A stretch of DNA of 45,158 nt, taken from NCBI RefSeq assembly GCF_001194135.2, contig NC_068983.1, forward strand, positions 106,494,812 through 106,539,969, written 5' to 3'. A program made the translations under genes and the position numbers. The first letter of the stretch is position 1, and every line of letters begins with the position of its first letter. The notes beneath the pieces are model-generated. The model was not told the origin of the DNA. It saw nothing but the letters and a program-made list of their open reading frames with translations, and did not search any database. Of this stretch, positions 11,141 through 22,099 are shown piece after piece. This stretch comes from Octopus bimaculoides (taxonomy: Eukaryota).

Positions 11141-12049
11141 TAATGGCATTATCTTTCGAGGCTGGTCTCCATTTGACCCTGTGTCTATGTCATGTTGAAA
11201 TGAAATAGAGCTGTAACAATCAATTGTACATGTTTCAAGTTCAAATATTGATCGAAGGAAGAAAAAAAAAAAATTTTTTTTGTGGGTAAGGGAATGAGTA
11301 GGTAGGTGAATGGTAGTAGTCAGTTTTTTTTTTTTTTATTGATTTATTTCCTTCATTGTGGCAAGTGTTGCACAATAAAAGAAATTGAGCAAGCTCAATA
11401 GAAATTCTAGCTGCCAACTTTGATATTACGGTAACCACAGTGTTGGGGTTGGTTGAGTTTGGTTTCATAAGCGCTAAGTTGAAAAGATTTTGCAAATCAT
11501 TGCTGAACTGATAGTTTTCATTGATACCTTTTTCCAGCTTAATTGATCATTTGAATAAAACTGATACTAATTTTTTCATTTTCTTATTTTTATTTTTTAT
11601 TTTTAATGCCAATCTTTCTCTCCCCGCTCTCTCTCTCTTACACACATACACAGTTCTTTATCCTCTCTTCCTCTTTGATAAATGCTGATACTCCAGGATG
11701 TGTATATCTGTTTGTGCATGTATGCATGCATGTGCATACATGTGCGCGTGTTTATGAATGGGTATGTGTGTATGTGTGTGTTTATGTACGGGCATGCTTG
11801 TGTGTGTGTATGTGTGTGTTTATGTACGGGTACGTTTGTGTGTGTGTGAAGGGAATGTTAAGGAACACTTAATACAAGCAATCCAAGAACATGGTTGCAA
11901 CACTCATTTTGTTGACTCTCTGCTTGAAATGCTTGAGATGAAAGGGAAATGGAGATGCTGATAAATAGAGTTAGTTGTAATGGATGACATAACATGGCGG
12001 TAATGTTGCCATGCAATGATAGAGCTTGTTTGATCATAAACACATACCA

Positions 12050-12710
12050 GTTGCAATTTTGTTGTTGTTGCTGGTGCTGTTGCTGTTGTTACACTTGTTG
12101 TAGTTGTAATTGTTGTTATTGTTGTTGTTCCTGTTGCTGTGGTTGGTGCTATTTTCATTTTATTGATAATGCTTTATAAAAAAAAAATAATAAAGAAAGC
12201 CCCAGAAATTGTTAAAAAAACAACAAAAGACAAGTCTGGCATCATTATTCTCATTCAACATTACTCTGATTGCCCTCCTCTTCATCCTCATCCCCATCTT
12301 CATCCTCATCTTCATCATCATCATCATCATCATGGCTAACATCCTCATCTTCTTTACTGTCATCAACACTGCTGATATGAAGGGCACTTCACTCTTTCCC
12401 CCTCCTTCTACTGATTCACTCAACTTAGCCAGCAATATCAACAATAACAAGCCACCACTACTGCCACCATTACCTCCACCATCTTCACCTTTGTCATGGC
12501 CACTACAGCCACATAAATTTAATAATTGAATATGTTACCCCTAGAACTGCACAGCAACCACCACTGCCACCGCTGCCTCGGCTGCCACCACCACCACCAC
12601 CACCACACCATGACCACCACCACCACCACCACCATCATTATCACCACTACCATCGCCATCATCCTCATTGTCATCATCATCATCATCGTCATTCCCATCA
12701 TCTGTTTAAC
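12050..12710. repeat. Mixed trinucleotide low-complexity island (GTT/CAT/CAC/CCA)
   Basis: Successive (GTT)n, (CAT)n and (CAC)n tracts with phase-preserving variants. Confidence 0.8.
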
Positions 12711-13180
12711 AGCAGTTTCTTTCCTACCGTCAAGAATCCAAATGATTAATATCAAAGAAACCATGTTCACTAATGACCCCCTAAATCTGTAAATGTTGTA
12801 TCTGTAAACCATTTTATCACTTTCCAGCTTCAATAATACTGTTCTGGCTGTCAAAACAGCTTATAGCCATTTCTTCGCCTTTTCTATAAATAATTAAAGA
12901 AAGGCCATAAACAGTTGTACACCCTGATTTCTGAAAATATTTTGTATTATTCAGTGCTTTATTACCATTCAAAGCCAACTGACAAGAGAGGCCTCTGTAT
13001 TTTGAAACCCAATAGAAATATAAGCAAATATCCCTCAAATTATAGCTTACTCTGTTACATGTGTATATATTATGTCTATGAGCCAATGATGGAGGCTTAT
13101 ATATGATAGCAAGACCAGTGAGAAATAGAAGTCAAAGTTCCCTTGAATTACAGCCTGCTCTCTTATGTGTGTATAGATAT

Positions 13181-13563
13181 GTTGTTGTTGGCACTCCGAC
13201 CGCTTACAACGTCGAGGGTTCCAGTCGATCCGATCAACGGAACAGCCTGCTCGTGAAATTAAAGTGCAAGTGGCTGAGCACTCCACAGACACGTTAGGGT
13301 TAGGGTTAGGGGATATTCAGCGTGACACAGTGTGACAAGGCTGACCCTTTGAATTAAAGGCACAACAGAAAAAGGAAGTAAGAGTGAAAGAAAGTTGTGG
13401 CAGAAGAGTACAGCAGGGTTCGCCACCATCCCCTGCCGGAGCCTCGTGGAGCTTTAGGTGTTTTCGCTCAATAAACGCTCACAACGCCTGGTTTGGGAAT
13501 CGAAACCATGATCCTATGACCGCGAGTCTGCTGCCGTAACCACTGGGCCATTGCGCCTCCACA
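13181..13563 (-). mobile_element. Full-length tRNA-headed SINE (family D) with (AAC)n tail and 11-bp TSD
   Basis: The minus strand begins TGTGGAGGCGCAATGGCCCAGTGG (A box) ...GGTTTCGATTCCC (B box) and ends GTGCCAACAACAAC. Perfect TSD TGTATAGATAT at 13170-13180 and 13564-13574. Confidence 0.9.
13293..13311 (+). repeat. Short interstitial telomeric repeat G(TTAGGG)3
   Basis: GTTAGGGTTAGGGTTAGGG inside the family D SINE. Confidence 0.8.
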
Positions 13564-13657
13564 TGTATAGATATAAGTCTGAACTAATGAGGAAAATTTC
13601 TACATGATAGAAATAGACCTGAGAGAAATAGAAGTTAAATCTTCCTCATTAGTGTCT

Positions 13658-13668
13658 TGTGTGTGTGT

Positions 13669-13730
<62 letters not shown>
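13658..13730. repeat. (GT)n microsatellite
   Basis: Directly visible. Confidence 0.95.
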
Positions 13731-13814
13731 ATGTGTGTGTATCTATCTGTCTGTCCGTCCGTCTGTCCGTTCATCCATCCATCTATTTAGCTATATCTCT
13801 CTCTATATATATAT

Positions 13815-13975
13815 GTAGGCACAGCATGGCTGTGTGGTAAGAAGCTTGCTTCCCAACCACATGGTTCAGGGTTCAGTCCCACTCCATGTCACCTTGTGTA
13901 AGTACCTTCTACCAAAGCCTTGCGAGTGAATGGAAACTGAAAGAAGCCTGTCTTATATATGTGCGTGTGTGTGTG
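13815..13975 (+). mobile_element. Family A SINE, 5' part
   Basis: A box TGGCTGTGTGGTAAG and B box GGTTCAGTCCC, then CACCTTG.G.AAGT and AAACTGAAAGAAGCC. Confidence 0.85.
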
Positions 13976-14166
13976 TATATTTGTATAAGTCACAGAAGGA
14001 TACTTTTATATTGCAAGTGCATGGTGTGCTCGTGGGTCAGTGTTATACATGTATATACCCTTTTATACATGTATATACCCTTTTATAGACGAAAACCAAT
14101 GGAAACTTTCTGACTGGTTATATGCCATAACCAGGAATATACTATCTGACAATATTAAAGTGTGTG

Positions 14167-14520
14167 TAAGGCGGCGAGCTGGCAGAAACGTTAGCATGCC
14201 AGGCGAAATGCTTAGCAGTATTTCGTCTGCTTCTACGTTCTGAGTTCAAATTCCACCGAGGTTGACTTTGCCTTTCATCCTTTTGGGGTTGATAAATTAA
14301 GTAACAGTTATGCACTGGGGTCGATGTAATCGACTCACTCCTTTTGTCTGTCCTTGTTTGTCCCCTCTATGCTTAGCCCCTTGTGGGCAATAAAGAAATA
14401 AGAAACATTAGCACGCCAAACAAAATGCTTAGCGGTATTTTGTCTGTCTTTATGTTCTGAGTTCAAACTCCGTCAGGGTCGACTTTGACTTTCATCCTTT
14501 TGGGGTCGATAAATTAAGTA
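14167..14520 (+). mobile_element. Two tandem family C tRNA-headed SINEs (Deu/Nin-like central domain)
   Basis: GAGCTGGCAGAAACGTTAGC...GAGTTCAAATTCC...GGTCGACTTTGCCTTTCATCCTTTTGGGGTCGATAAA occurs twice. The second copy is cut off where the family B element begins. Confidence 0.85.
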
Positions 14521-14531
14521 GCTAGCTACTT

Positions 14532-14914
14532 GATAATCATCATCATCATCGTTTAACGTCCGCCTTCCATGCTAGCATGGGTTGGACGATTTGACTGAGG
14601 ACTGGTGAAACCGGATGGCAACACCAGGCTCCAATCTAATTTGTCAGAGTTTCTACAGCTGGATGCCCTTCCTAACGCCAACCACTCAGAGAGTGTAGTG
14701 GGTGCTTTTACGTGTCACCCGCACGAGGGCCAGTCAGGCGGTACTGGCAACAGCCACGCTCATCTCGCTCGAGAAACCTCATGTGTCACCCGCACAAGAG
14801 CCAGTCCAGGGGCACCAGCAACGATCTCACTCAAAAATCCTACAACAACCCCACACAAGAGCCAGTCCAGGGGCACTGGCAACAATCTCGCTCGAAAGAT
14901 TTCATGTGTCGCCA
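14532..14914 (-). mobile_element. Family B retroposon 3' part (probably an assembly duplicate of 15051-15433)
   Basis: Identical by eye to 15051-15433 across the N gap at 14915-15050. Confidence 0.8.
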
Positions 14915-15050
14915 NNNNNNNNNNNNNNNNNNNNNNNNNNNNNNNNNNNNNNNNNNNNNNNNNNNNNNNNNNNNNNNNNNNNNNNNNNNNNNNNNNNNNN
15001 NNNNNNNNNNNNNNNNNNNNNNNNNNNNNNNNNNNNNNNNNNNNNNNNNN

Positions 15051-16195
15051 GATAATCATCATCATCATCGTTTAACGTCCGCCTTCCATGCTAGCATGGG
15101 TTGGACGATTTGACTGAGGACTGGTGAAACCGGATGGCAACACCAGGCTCCAATCTAATTTGTCAGAGTTTCTACAGCTGGATGCCCTTCCTAACGCCAA
15201 CCACTCAGAGAGTGTAGTGGGTGCTTTTACGTGTCACCCGCACGAGGGCCAGTCAGGCGGTACTGGCAACAGCCACGCTCATCTCGCTCGAGAAACCTCA
15301 TGTGTCACCCGCACAAGAGCCAGTCCAGGGGCACCAGCAACGATCTCACTCAAAAATCCTACAACAACCCCACACAAGAGCCAGTCCAGGGGCACTGGCA
15401 ACAATCTCGCTCGAAAGATTTCATGTGTCGCCAGTCCAGGGCCACCGGCAACGATCTCGCTCGCTAAACCTCATGTATCACCCGCACAGGAGCCGGCCCA
15501 GGGGCACAGGAGCCGGCCCAGGGGCACAGGAGCCGGCCCAGGGGCACAGGAGCCGGCCCAGGGGCACCGGCAACGATCCCGCTCGGAAAGATTTCATGTG
15601 TCGCCCTCACAGGAGCCAGTCCAGGGGCACTGGCAACGATCCCGCTCGAAAGATTTCATGTGTCGCCCGCACATGAGCCNNNNNNNNNNNNNNNNNNNNN
15701 NNNNNNNNNNNNNNNNNNNNNNNNNNNNNNNNNNNNNNNNNNNNNNNNNNNNNNNNNNNNNNNNNNNNNNNNNNNNNNNNNNNNNNNNNNNNNNNNNNNN
15801 NNNNNNNNNNNNNNNNNNNNNNNNNNNNNNNNNNNNNNNNNNNNNNNNNNNNNNNNNNNNNNNNNNNNNNNNNNNNNNNNNNNNNNNNNNGCACAGGAGC
15901 CGGCCCAGGGGCACAGGAGCCGGCCCAGGGGCACCGGCAACGATCCCGCTCGGAAAGATTTCATGTGTCGCCCTCACAGGAGCCAGTCCAGGGGCACTGG
16001 CAACGATCCCGCTCGAAAGATTTCATGTGTTGCCCGCACATGAGCCAGTCCGGGGGCACCGGCAACGATCTCGCTCGAAAAACCTCATGTGTCGCCCGCG
16101 CAAGAGCCGGCCCAGGGGCACCGGCAACAATTTCGCTTGAAAGATTTCATGTGTCGCCCGCACATGAGCCAGTCCAGGGGCACTGGCATCGATAA
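15051..16195 (-). mobile_element. Young family B retroposon with an expanded GC/CpG-rich VNTR
   Basis: (GAT)n tail at the left end. Tandem units of about 58-60 bp (GGGGCACCGGCAACGATC.CGCTCGAAAGATTTCATGTGTCGCCC.CACA.GAGCCAGTCCA) plus a nested 20-bp unit GGGGCACAGGAGCCGGCCCA, about 4 copies at 15481-15560. Confidence 0.88.
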
Positions 16196-16226
16196 AAGAA
16201 TTCATCCTATTATTGAATTAATTAAG

Positions 16227-16251
<25 letters not shown>

Positions 16252-16257
<6 letters not shown>

Positions 16258-16412
16258 GGCTTCTTTTAGTTTCTATCTCCAAAATCCACTCACAAGTCTC
16301 TGGTCAGCCCAATGTTATAGTAGAAGATTCTTGCCAAGGTGCTACACAGTGAGACTGAACCCAAAACCATGTGGTTGGGAAGCAAGCTTCTAACCACGCA
16401 GCCATGCCTGCA
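16252..16412 (-). mobile_element. Family A SINE, 5' part
   Basis: Reverse complement of the tRNA-like head plus CCTTGGCAAG CORE-like motif. Confidence 0.8.
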
Positions 16413-16561
16413 TCTGATTTATAAATATAAATTAACAGTTAAGTTTTTTTCTTTTTTAATATGAACAACATTAAACATTTATACTTTAGTATATATCAAT
16501 ATGAGAATCAGAAAGACCTACAAACTTACATGATCTGAAGGATGTATTTCTCATTTGTTTG

Positions 16562-17002
16562 TTAACCTCTAGCATTCAGATTACTCCATCAAATGCAATG
16601 CTTATTGATTCACATTGTTTGGAATTAATCATGCATTATCTCGTAGCCTTGAGATTTGGAAGATGTGATTATTTATTTTTAAAATGACCTTTAGAGTAAG
16701 TGTGAAAGGCTAGGTCTGGCCAGTTTAACCCTTTAGCATTTAAACTAGCTGCATCTGGCCGAAATATTTTACCTGTTTTATGTTCACAGTGGCCAGATTT
16801 GGTCCTTCACACCTACCCTACAATATCATTCTAAAAATTAACAGTTGCCTTAGTGAAATATGAAAGCTATAAGACAATGCATGATTAATTCAAAACAAAG
16901 TGAATAAATAAACATCACATTTGACAGAATACTCTGAATGCAAAAGGGTTACACATAAATCAGGTGGAATATTTGAGCTTAATATGATTGGTTTAAATAC
17001 TG
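16562..17002. mobile_element. piggyBac-type (TTAA) MITE with a second copy of the same MITE nested inside, inverted
   Basis: The outer copy starts TTAA|CCTCTAGCATTCAG at 16562 and resumes at 16953. The inner copy TTAA|CCCTTTAGCATT...GAATGCAAAAGGG|TTAC spans 16729-16948. Confidence 0.7.
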
Positions 17003-17113
17003 TATTTTACACTGAGATCAGAATGACTGCTTTTATACCTACTCCTTTCATATGATATATTCCTATTTCATTCACTTTATGCATCTAATCATGAGTAATT
17101 TTTGTAAGTATTG

Positions 17114-17147
<34 letters not shown>

Positions 17148-17964
17148 TCCTCATCACTTGTCATAAATATATTGAAACACTCCACTTCCGTTCTCTTATG
17201 ATGGCCTTGTAGAAGTTATGAATAGCTGAACATTAAAATGGTTAATAGATTCACCAATCCTTTATTTAACCAAACATACCTACATAAATAGTGATATAAT
17301 AAAATATACTCTCTTTCATCCCTCTCTGTCACACACACACACACTCACACACTCTCTTGTTCAAAGATTCATATAGATATAAAAACGTGCAAATAAACAT
17401 ATTTTTGTGTATATAACTCTTAAAAGCAGTATATAAACATGCCCATGTTCCATTATCCAATACCAGTAAAGAAATAAAAGAACACATACATGCACAGATG
17501 CAAACATTCACATGCACACACACAATATAAATGTTTTTAATTATACACAGAAGCAATAAACATTAACTGAATAAAGAACTTAATAGGTGAAGTAGAATTA
17601 GATATTTATTTTGAGAAGGTTAAGAATGATTTTGAGGATTTTGCTGCTCCATATTCTCATGTTGTATGTATTCCAATCTTATGGTGTCCTGAGGTAGGTT
17701 CAACTCCTATATCAAAATGTTATAAGTCACAATTGATGCCCTGTCAACATCATGGCACTGTTTCTGACACAGTACAGGGCTTATAGGTCTCCAACAAGTT
17801 GTTCTTATTGTTCATCGTGTGCATGAATATGATGACCACTGATATCCAAATGGCTCACCATGGATGTTGCTTTATGCCGGTGATGTTTTCCGCCCCATGT
17901 CAGGCTATCAAGATCTATATCTTTAAGTGCAGCAATAAAAGACAGAGCTAGATGACCGTAGAAC

Positions 17965-18136
17965 CATCATTTAATGTTCATGTTCCATGTTGGCAAAGGT
18001 TGGATGGTTTGGCAGGATCCAAGGACTGTATCATGTCCCAGTGTCTGCTTTGACATGGTTTCTATGGCTGGATGTCCTTCTTAACACCAACCACTTTACA
18101 GCATGTACTGGATGCTTTTATCACGTCACCAGCACT
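17965..18136 (-). mobile_element. Old family B-type 3' fragment
   Basis: CATCATTTAATG...GGTTGGATGG...CTATGGCTGGATGTCCTTCTTAACACCAACCAC. Confidence 0.7.
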
Positions 18137-18189
18137 ATTGAGGTTGCCATATAACTATAAATTCTGTGGGAGAAAATTATTAAGACTGA

Positions 18190-18740
18190 ATATATGGAAT
18201 ACATGCTTCCAGATGGGTGGAAATATCAGTGTTAATGGCAAGAACCTGAACAAAAACACCCAGCAAAATATCTGGGCTGTGCTATATGATCTGATAGGGT
18301 AATTCTCTCTGATGTCTGTATGCATATTAATGCTGAATGGTAGAAGTAGAGACAAATGTCAGGAGTCCTCTGTGATCAGACGATACCTATTTATTTGGAA
18401 ACAAAGGTCTCTACAAAGGTGATACACTCAGTGGCTGTTTATAGTGCTGAAATATGAATTGTGTATTTTATTGGGTGCTGAGACTGATTAGACAAGACTA
18501 TATTGTGAACCAAGGTCATGCGAGTGGCATCTGTCGATAGAAAGTTGTGTGAGATCTGCTTTAACTAGTATGAGTATATGGTGTATAGTGATGAAAAATC
18601 AGTAGCCAAGATAACCTTAAGAATTTGCCCAAATGGACAATGACTATATAGATGAACAAAGGAACAATACATTGAGTGAGTGAGGATGCAGGACAGGCAA
18701 ACATGAACTCAGTCAGACAAAGTGGAAGAAAGTATGCAAG
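18190..18740 (+). mobile_element. RTE-clade LINE 3' remnant
   Basis: Peptides ISVNGKNL..QQKYLG and SGVLCDQTIPIYLETKVSTKVIHSVAVYSAEI match the RTE motif GVLCD..MP..LK.KVY..V..P..LYGAETW. Confidence 0.65.
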
Positions 18741-18775
18741 AATATGCAATAAAGAATTCAAAGGATAATGTAGAT

Positions 18776-19045
18776 TAGTGTTTCTCAACCATATTTTTAG
18801 CTATGGACCCCTTTGATTCCTATTTTACTCATATGGACCCTTCTAGCCATCCCCTGTTTAAGAAACCATATATTTTTATAGTTAAATATTACTGGGAACT
18901 GTATTTAAAGATTGTTAAAATATTTTGTGTATTGTAGAAGTAGAACCAATTTTGGTGCAGATAAATTTTAACAAGAAAATCTTATATGGACCCCCAAAAG
19001 CCAGATGGATCCTTAAGGGCCATATGGACCCCAGTTGAGAATCTG
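18776..19045. mobile_element. hAT (Charlie-like) MITE
   Basis: Left end TAGTGTTTCTCAAC, decayed right end GTTGAGAATCTG, and repeated subterminal ATGGA(C/T)CC motifs. Confidence 0.6.
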
Positions 19046-19047
19046 TT

Positions 19048-19094
<47 letters not shown>

Positions 19095-19379
19095 ACATTT
19101 GCACTTCTCCAAAAATTGGCTCAGCTGCAAAAAGGGATATTGATGTAACCCCTTCTATCAGTGTGTTGTCCATTGGTTTTGTTCCTTCAAACACATGTGG
19201 AATATGTAATCCCTTAATTGAAAGACAGGTAACTTTCATATAACATTTCAAAATAGATTGACACAACAGGTATCTGAAAGGAAAATAGGTGTAGTTTACC
19301 GATTGAATGATTGGTGAAATGTAACTTGGAGTACTGAAATTATGAGCTTTTCATTTATAATATATACAAGAATACTCTA

Positions 19380-20622
19380 CATTTATGTATTGAGTTCTGA
19401 AATATATATATATATATATATATATACACGCACATACGCATATACATATACATATATATATGTGTGTGTGTGTATGTATGTATGTATATATGTATGTATA
19501 TATGTATGAATATGTATGTGTATATGTGTATGTATATATGTATGAATATGTATGTGTATATATGTATGAATATATATGCATGTGTGTGTATATATGTGTG
19601 TGTGTGTATGTATGTGTGCATGTATATATATATATCAATATATAACACAGGCACAAACACAGACACACACACACACACTCACACACAAACACAAATATAT
19701 ATATACGAAAATACANNNNNNNNNNNNNNNNNNNNNNNNNNNNNNNNNNNNNNNNNNNNNNNNNNNNNNNNNNNNNNNNNNNNNNNNNNNNNNNNNNNNN
19801 NNNNNNNNNNNNNNNNNNNNNNNNNNNNNNNNNNNNNNNNNNNNNNNNNNNNNNNNNNNNNNNNNNNNNNNNNNNNNNNNNNNNNNNNNNNNNNNNNNNN
19901 NNNNNNNNNNNNNNNNNNNNNNNNNNNNNNNNNNNNNNNNNNNNNNNNNNNNNNNNNNNNNNNNNNNNNNNNNNNNNNNNNNNNNNNNNNNNNNNNNNNN
20001 NNNNNNNNNNNNNNNNNNNNNNNNNNNNNNNNNNNNNNNNNNNNNNNNNNNNNNNNNNNNNNNNNNNNNNNNNNNNNNNNNNNNNNNNNNNNNNNNNNNN
20101 NNNNNNNNNNNNNNNNNNNNNNNNNNNNNNNNNNNNNNNNNNNNNNNNNNNNNNNNNNNNNNNNNNNNNNNNNNNNNNNNNNNNNNNNNNNNNNNNNNNN
20201 NNNNNNNNNNNNNNNNNNNNNNNNNNNNNNNNNNNNNNNNNNNNNNNNNNNNNNNNNNNNNNNNNNNNNNNNNNNNNNNNNNNNNNNNNNNNNNNNNNNN
20301 NNNNNNNNNNNNNNNNNNNNNNNNNNNNNNNNNNNNNNNNNNNNNNNNNNNNNNNNNNNNNNNNNNNNNNNNNNNNNNNNNNNNNNNNNNNNNNNNNNNN
20401 NNNNNNNNNNNNNNNNNNNNNNNNNNNNNNNNNNNNNNNNNNNNNNNNNNNNNNNNNNNNNNNNNNNNNNNNNNNNNNNNNNNNNNNNNNNNNNNNNNNN
20501 NNNNNNNNNNNNNNNNNNNNNNNNNNNNNNNNNNNNNNNNNNNNNNNNNNNNNNNNNNNNNNNNNNNNNNNNNNNNNNNNNNNNNNNNNNNNNNNNNNNN
20601 NNNNNNNNNNNNNNNNNNNNNN

Positions 20623-20684
<62 letters not shown>

Positions 20685-20810
20685 CATATACATATACACA
20701 CACACACATATATATGTATGATGTGTAGATGCATGTGCACACACACACACACAGGTGTGTATGTGTGTGTGTGTGTGCACATGCATCTACACATCATACA
20801 TATATATTTG
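19380..20810. repeat. Compound TA/TG/TATG/CA microsatellite block around the largest N gap (19716-20622)
   Basis: Directly visible. Confidence 0.9.
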
Positions 20811-20901
20811 TAACAGAATTAATAAAACAAAATAATAGGGAAGGGGGGGGGGAGAGAAAAAAAAACCCACCCAGAAATATAGCTACCATTAGACATTATG
20901 T

Positions 20902-21025
20902 CTATGATATTTTCGGAAGTAGGCCATCTTCATTATCTGAGTCGCCAGTCCATTTGTCGATGTCCTCCACTTCTTCTTCATCATTGCCATCACCACTGGT
21001 ATTATCTACAGAAGTAGCAGCCGCT
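20902..21025 (-). CDS. Candidate terminal coding exon, acidic C-terminus of an unidentified protein
   Basis: Acceptor TTCATTCATACATAG|, then the open frame AAATSVDNTSGDGNDEEEVEDIDKWTGDSDNEDGLLPKIS*. GC-richer, non-repetitive and CpG-retaining, followed by T-rich 3'UTR-like sequence. No homologue recognised. Confidence 0.4.
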
Positions 21026-21059
21026 CTATGTATGAATGAATGTCTGTCTAGTTCTCAAT

Positions 21060-21160
21060 TGATCTCTATCTATCTATCTATCTATCGATCTATCTATTTT
21101 TTTCTATCTATCTATCCATCTATGTATCTATTTTTTCTATCTATCTCTCTATATATCTCC

Positions 21161-21221
<61 letters not shown>

Positions 21222-21240
21222 ACTCAATCTATCAGTCTAT
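21060..21240. repeat. (TCTA)n microsatellite
   Basis: Directly visible. Confidence 0.95.
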
Positions 21241-21284
21241 ATAATCTTAAAAGCGTTTGTTTATTAAAAAGATATATCTTATAC

Positions 21285-21316
<32 letters not shown>

Positions 21317-22099
21317 GATAGATATAGATATATAAATAAATATATATATACATACACATACAAGCATACACACATAAGCATACATACATTATAGAAATCT
21401 AGGAAACTGCATAGATAGATAGATAGATAGAGAGAGAGACAGACAGCATAGTTGTCTTTACCAATGCCATTTTTTAGAGACAAAATGCAAATGGGATTGT
21501 AATTGTTTTTCCATGTTGTATTGCTAGCTGCTATCATTATAAAATATTCTAAACACTTTAATGAATTCATAGGAAAAGAACTGTTTCAGTTAGAAGTATT
21601 ATGAAAGTTTATTTTTATTTATATGTATTTCTTATTTTTTGTTTTTAAGTGGTGGAGATGGTATAAGCAGTAGAGAGCTTGGCTAAAGGTTTTGTATCAT
21701 CTGTATTGATTTCATTGAGTTCCAATTTCAAATCAGATTGTTTGTTTTTGTCATTTATCCCATTATAATTGATAAAATACTATGTCTCAGTGGTATAGTA
21801 TAGATTTGTCGATTACATACCCAGTTTTCATTTAAATGTCTTTGTACTAAAAATTTAGTTGAAGAAGTAGATGCAAAATGTCTGAATAGATTATATACTG
21901 AATAACCAGCTCAAGTATTGTGAGTTCAAATCCACTTTGGACTATTTTAATGCATATCTGAATAAGACTTTTAATATCATTTTGAATTGAACAGGAATTA
22001 TTCAGCATGACAGTATTGACCACACCATCAAATGTTATTGTACACTGCTGGTCACAATGCACTTACATTTCTATCTTGATTGTGCCATTATTTTCTTTT

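Noticed and set aside
13480-13563. tRNA genes at the A/B-box-containing heads (also 13815, 14167, 36760-36837, 43352)
   Set aside because: Each continues into a SINE body and tail, with a TSD in one case, and I could not build a full cloverleaf. They are tRNA-derived SINE heads.
14043-14086. 20-bp direct tandem duplication (TATACATGTATATACCCTTT x2); a similar small duplication near 35995-36022
   Set aside because: Ordinary slippage duplications with no sign of function.
15124-16140. 338-aa ORF with repeated HRSRPRGTG motifs
   Set aside because: It is the antisense translation of the family B VNTR across an N gap, starts at a non-ATG codon, and has no domain signature.
15231-16195. CRISPR-like regular repeat array
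   Set aside because: The units are contiguous tandem repeats with no unique spacers, there are no cas genes, and the context is a eukaryotic retroposon.
17859-17920. 62-nt minus-strand exon candidate (DIDLDSLTWGGKHHRHKATSM, donor ATG|GTGAGC)
   Set aside because: The acceptor is mediocre, the peptide is unrecognised, and it lies beside decayed repeats. It cannot be distinguished from chance.
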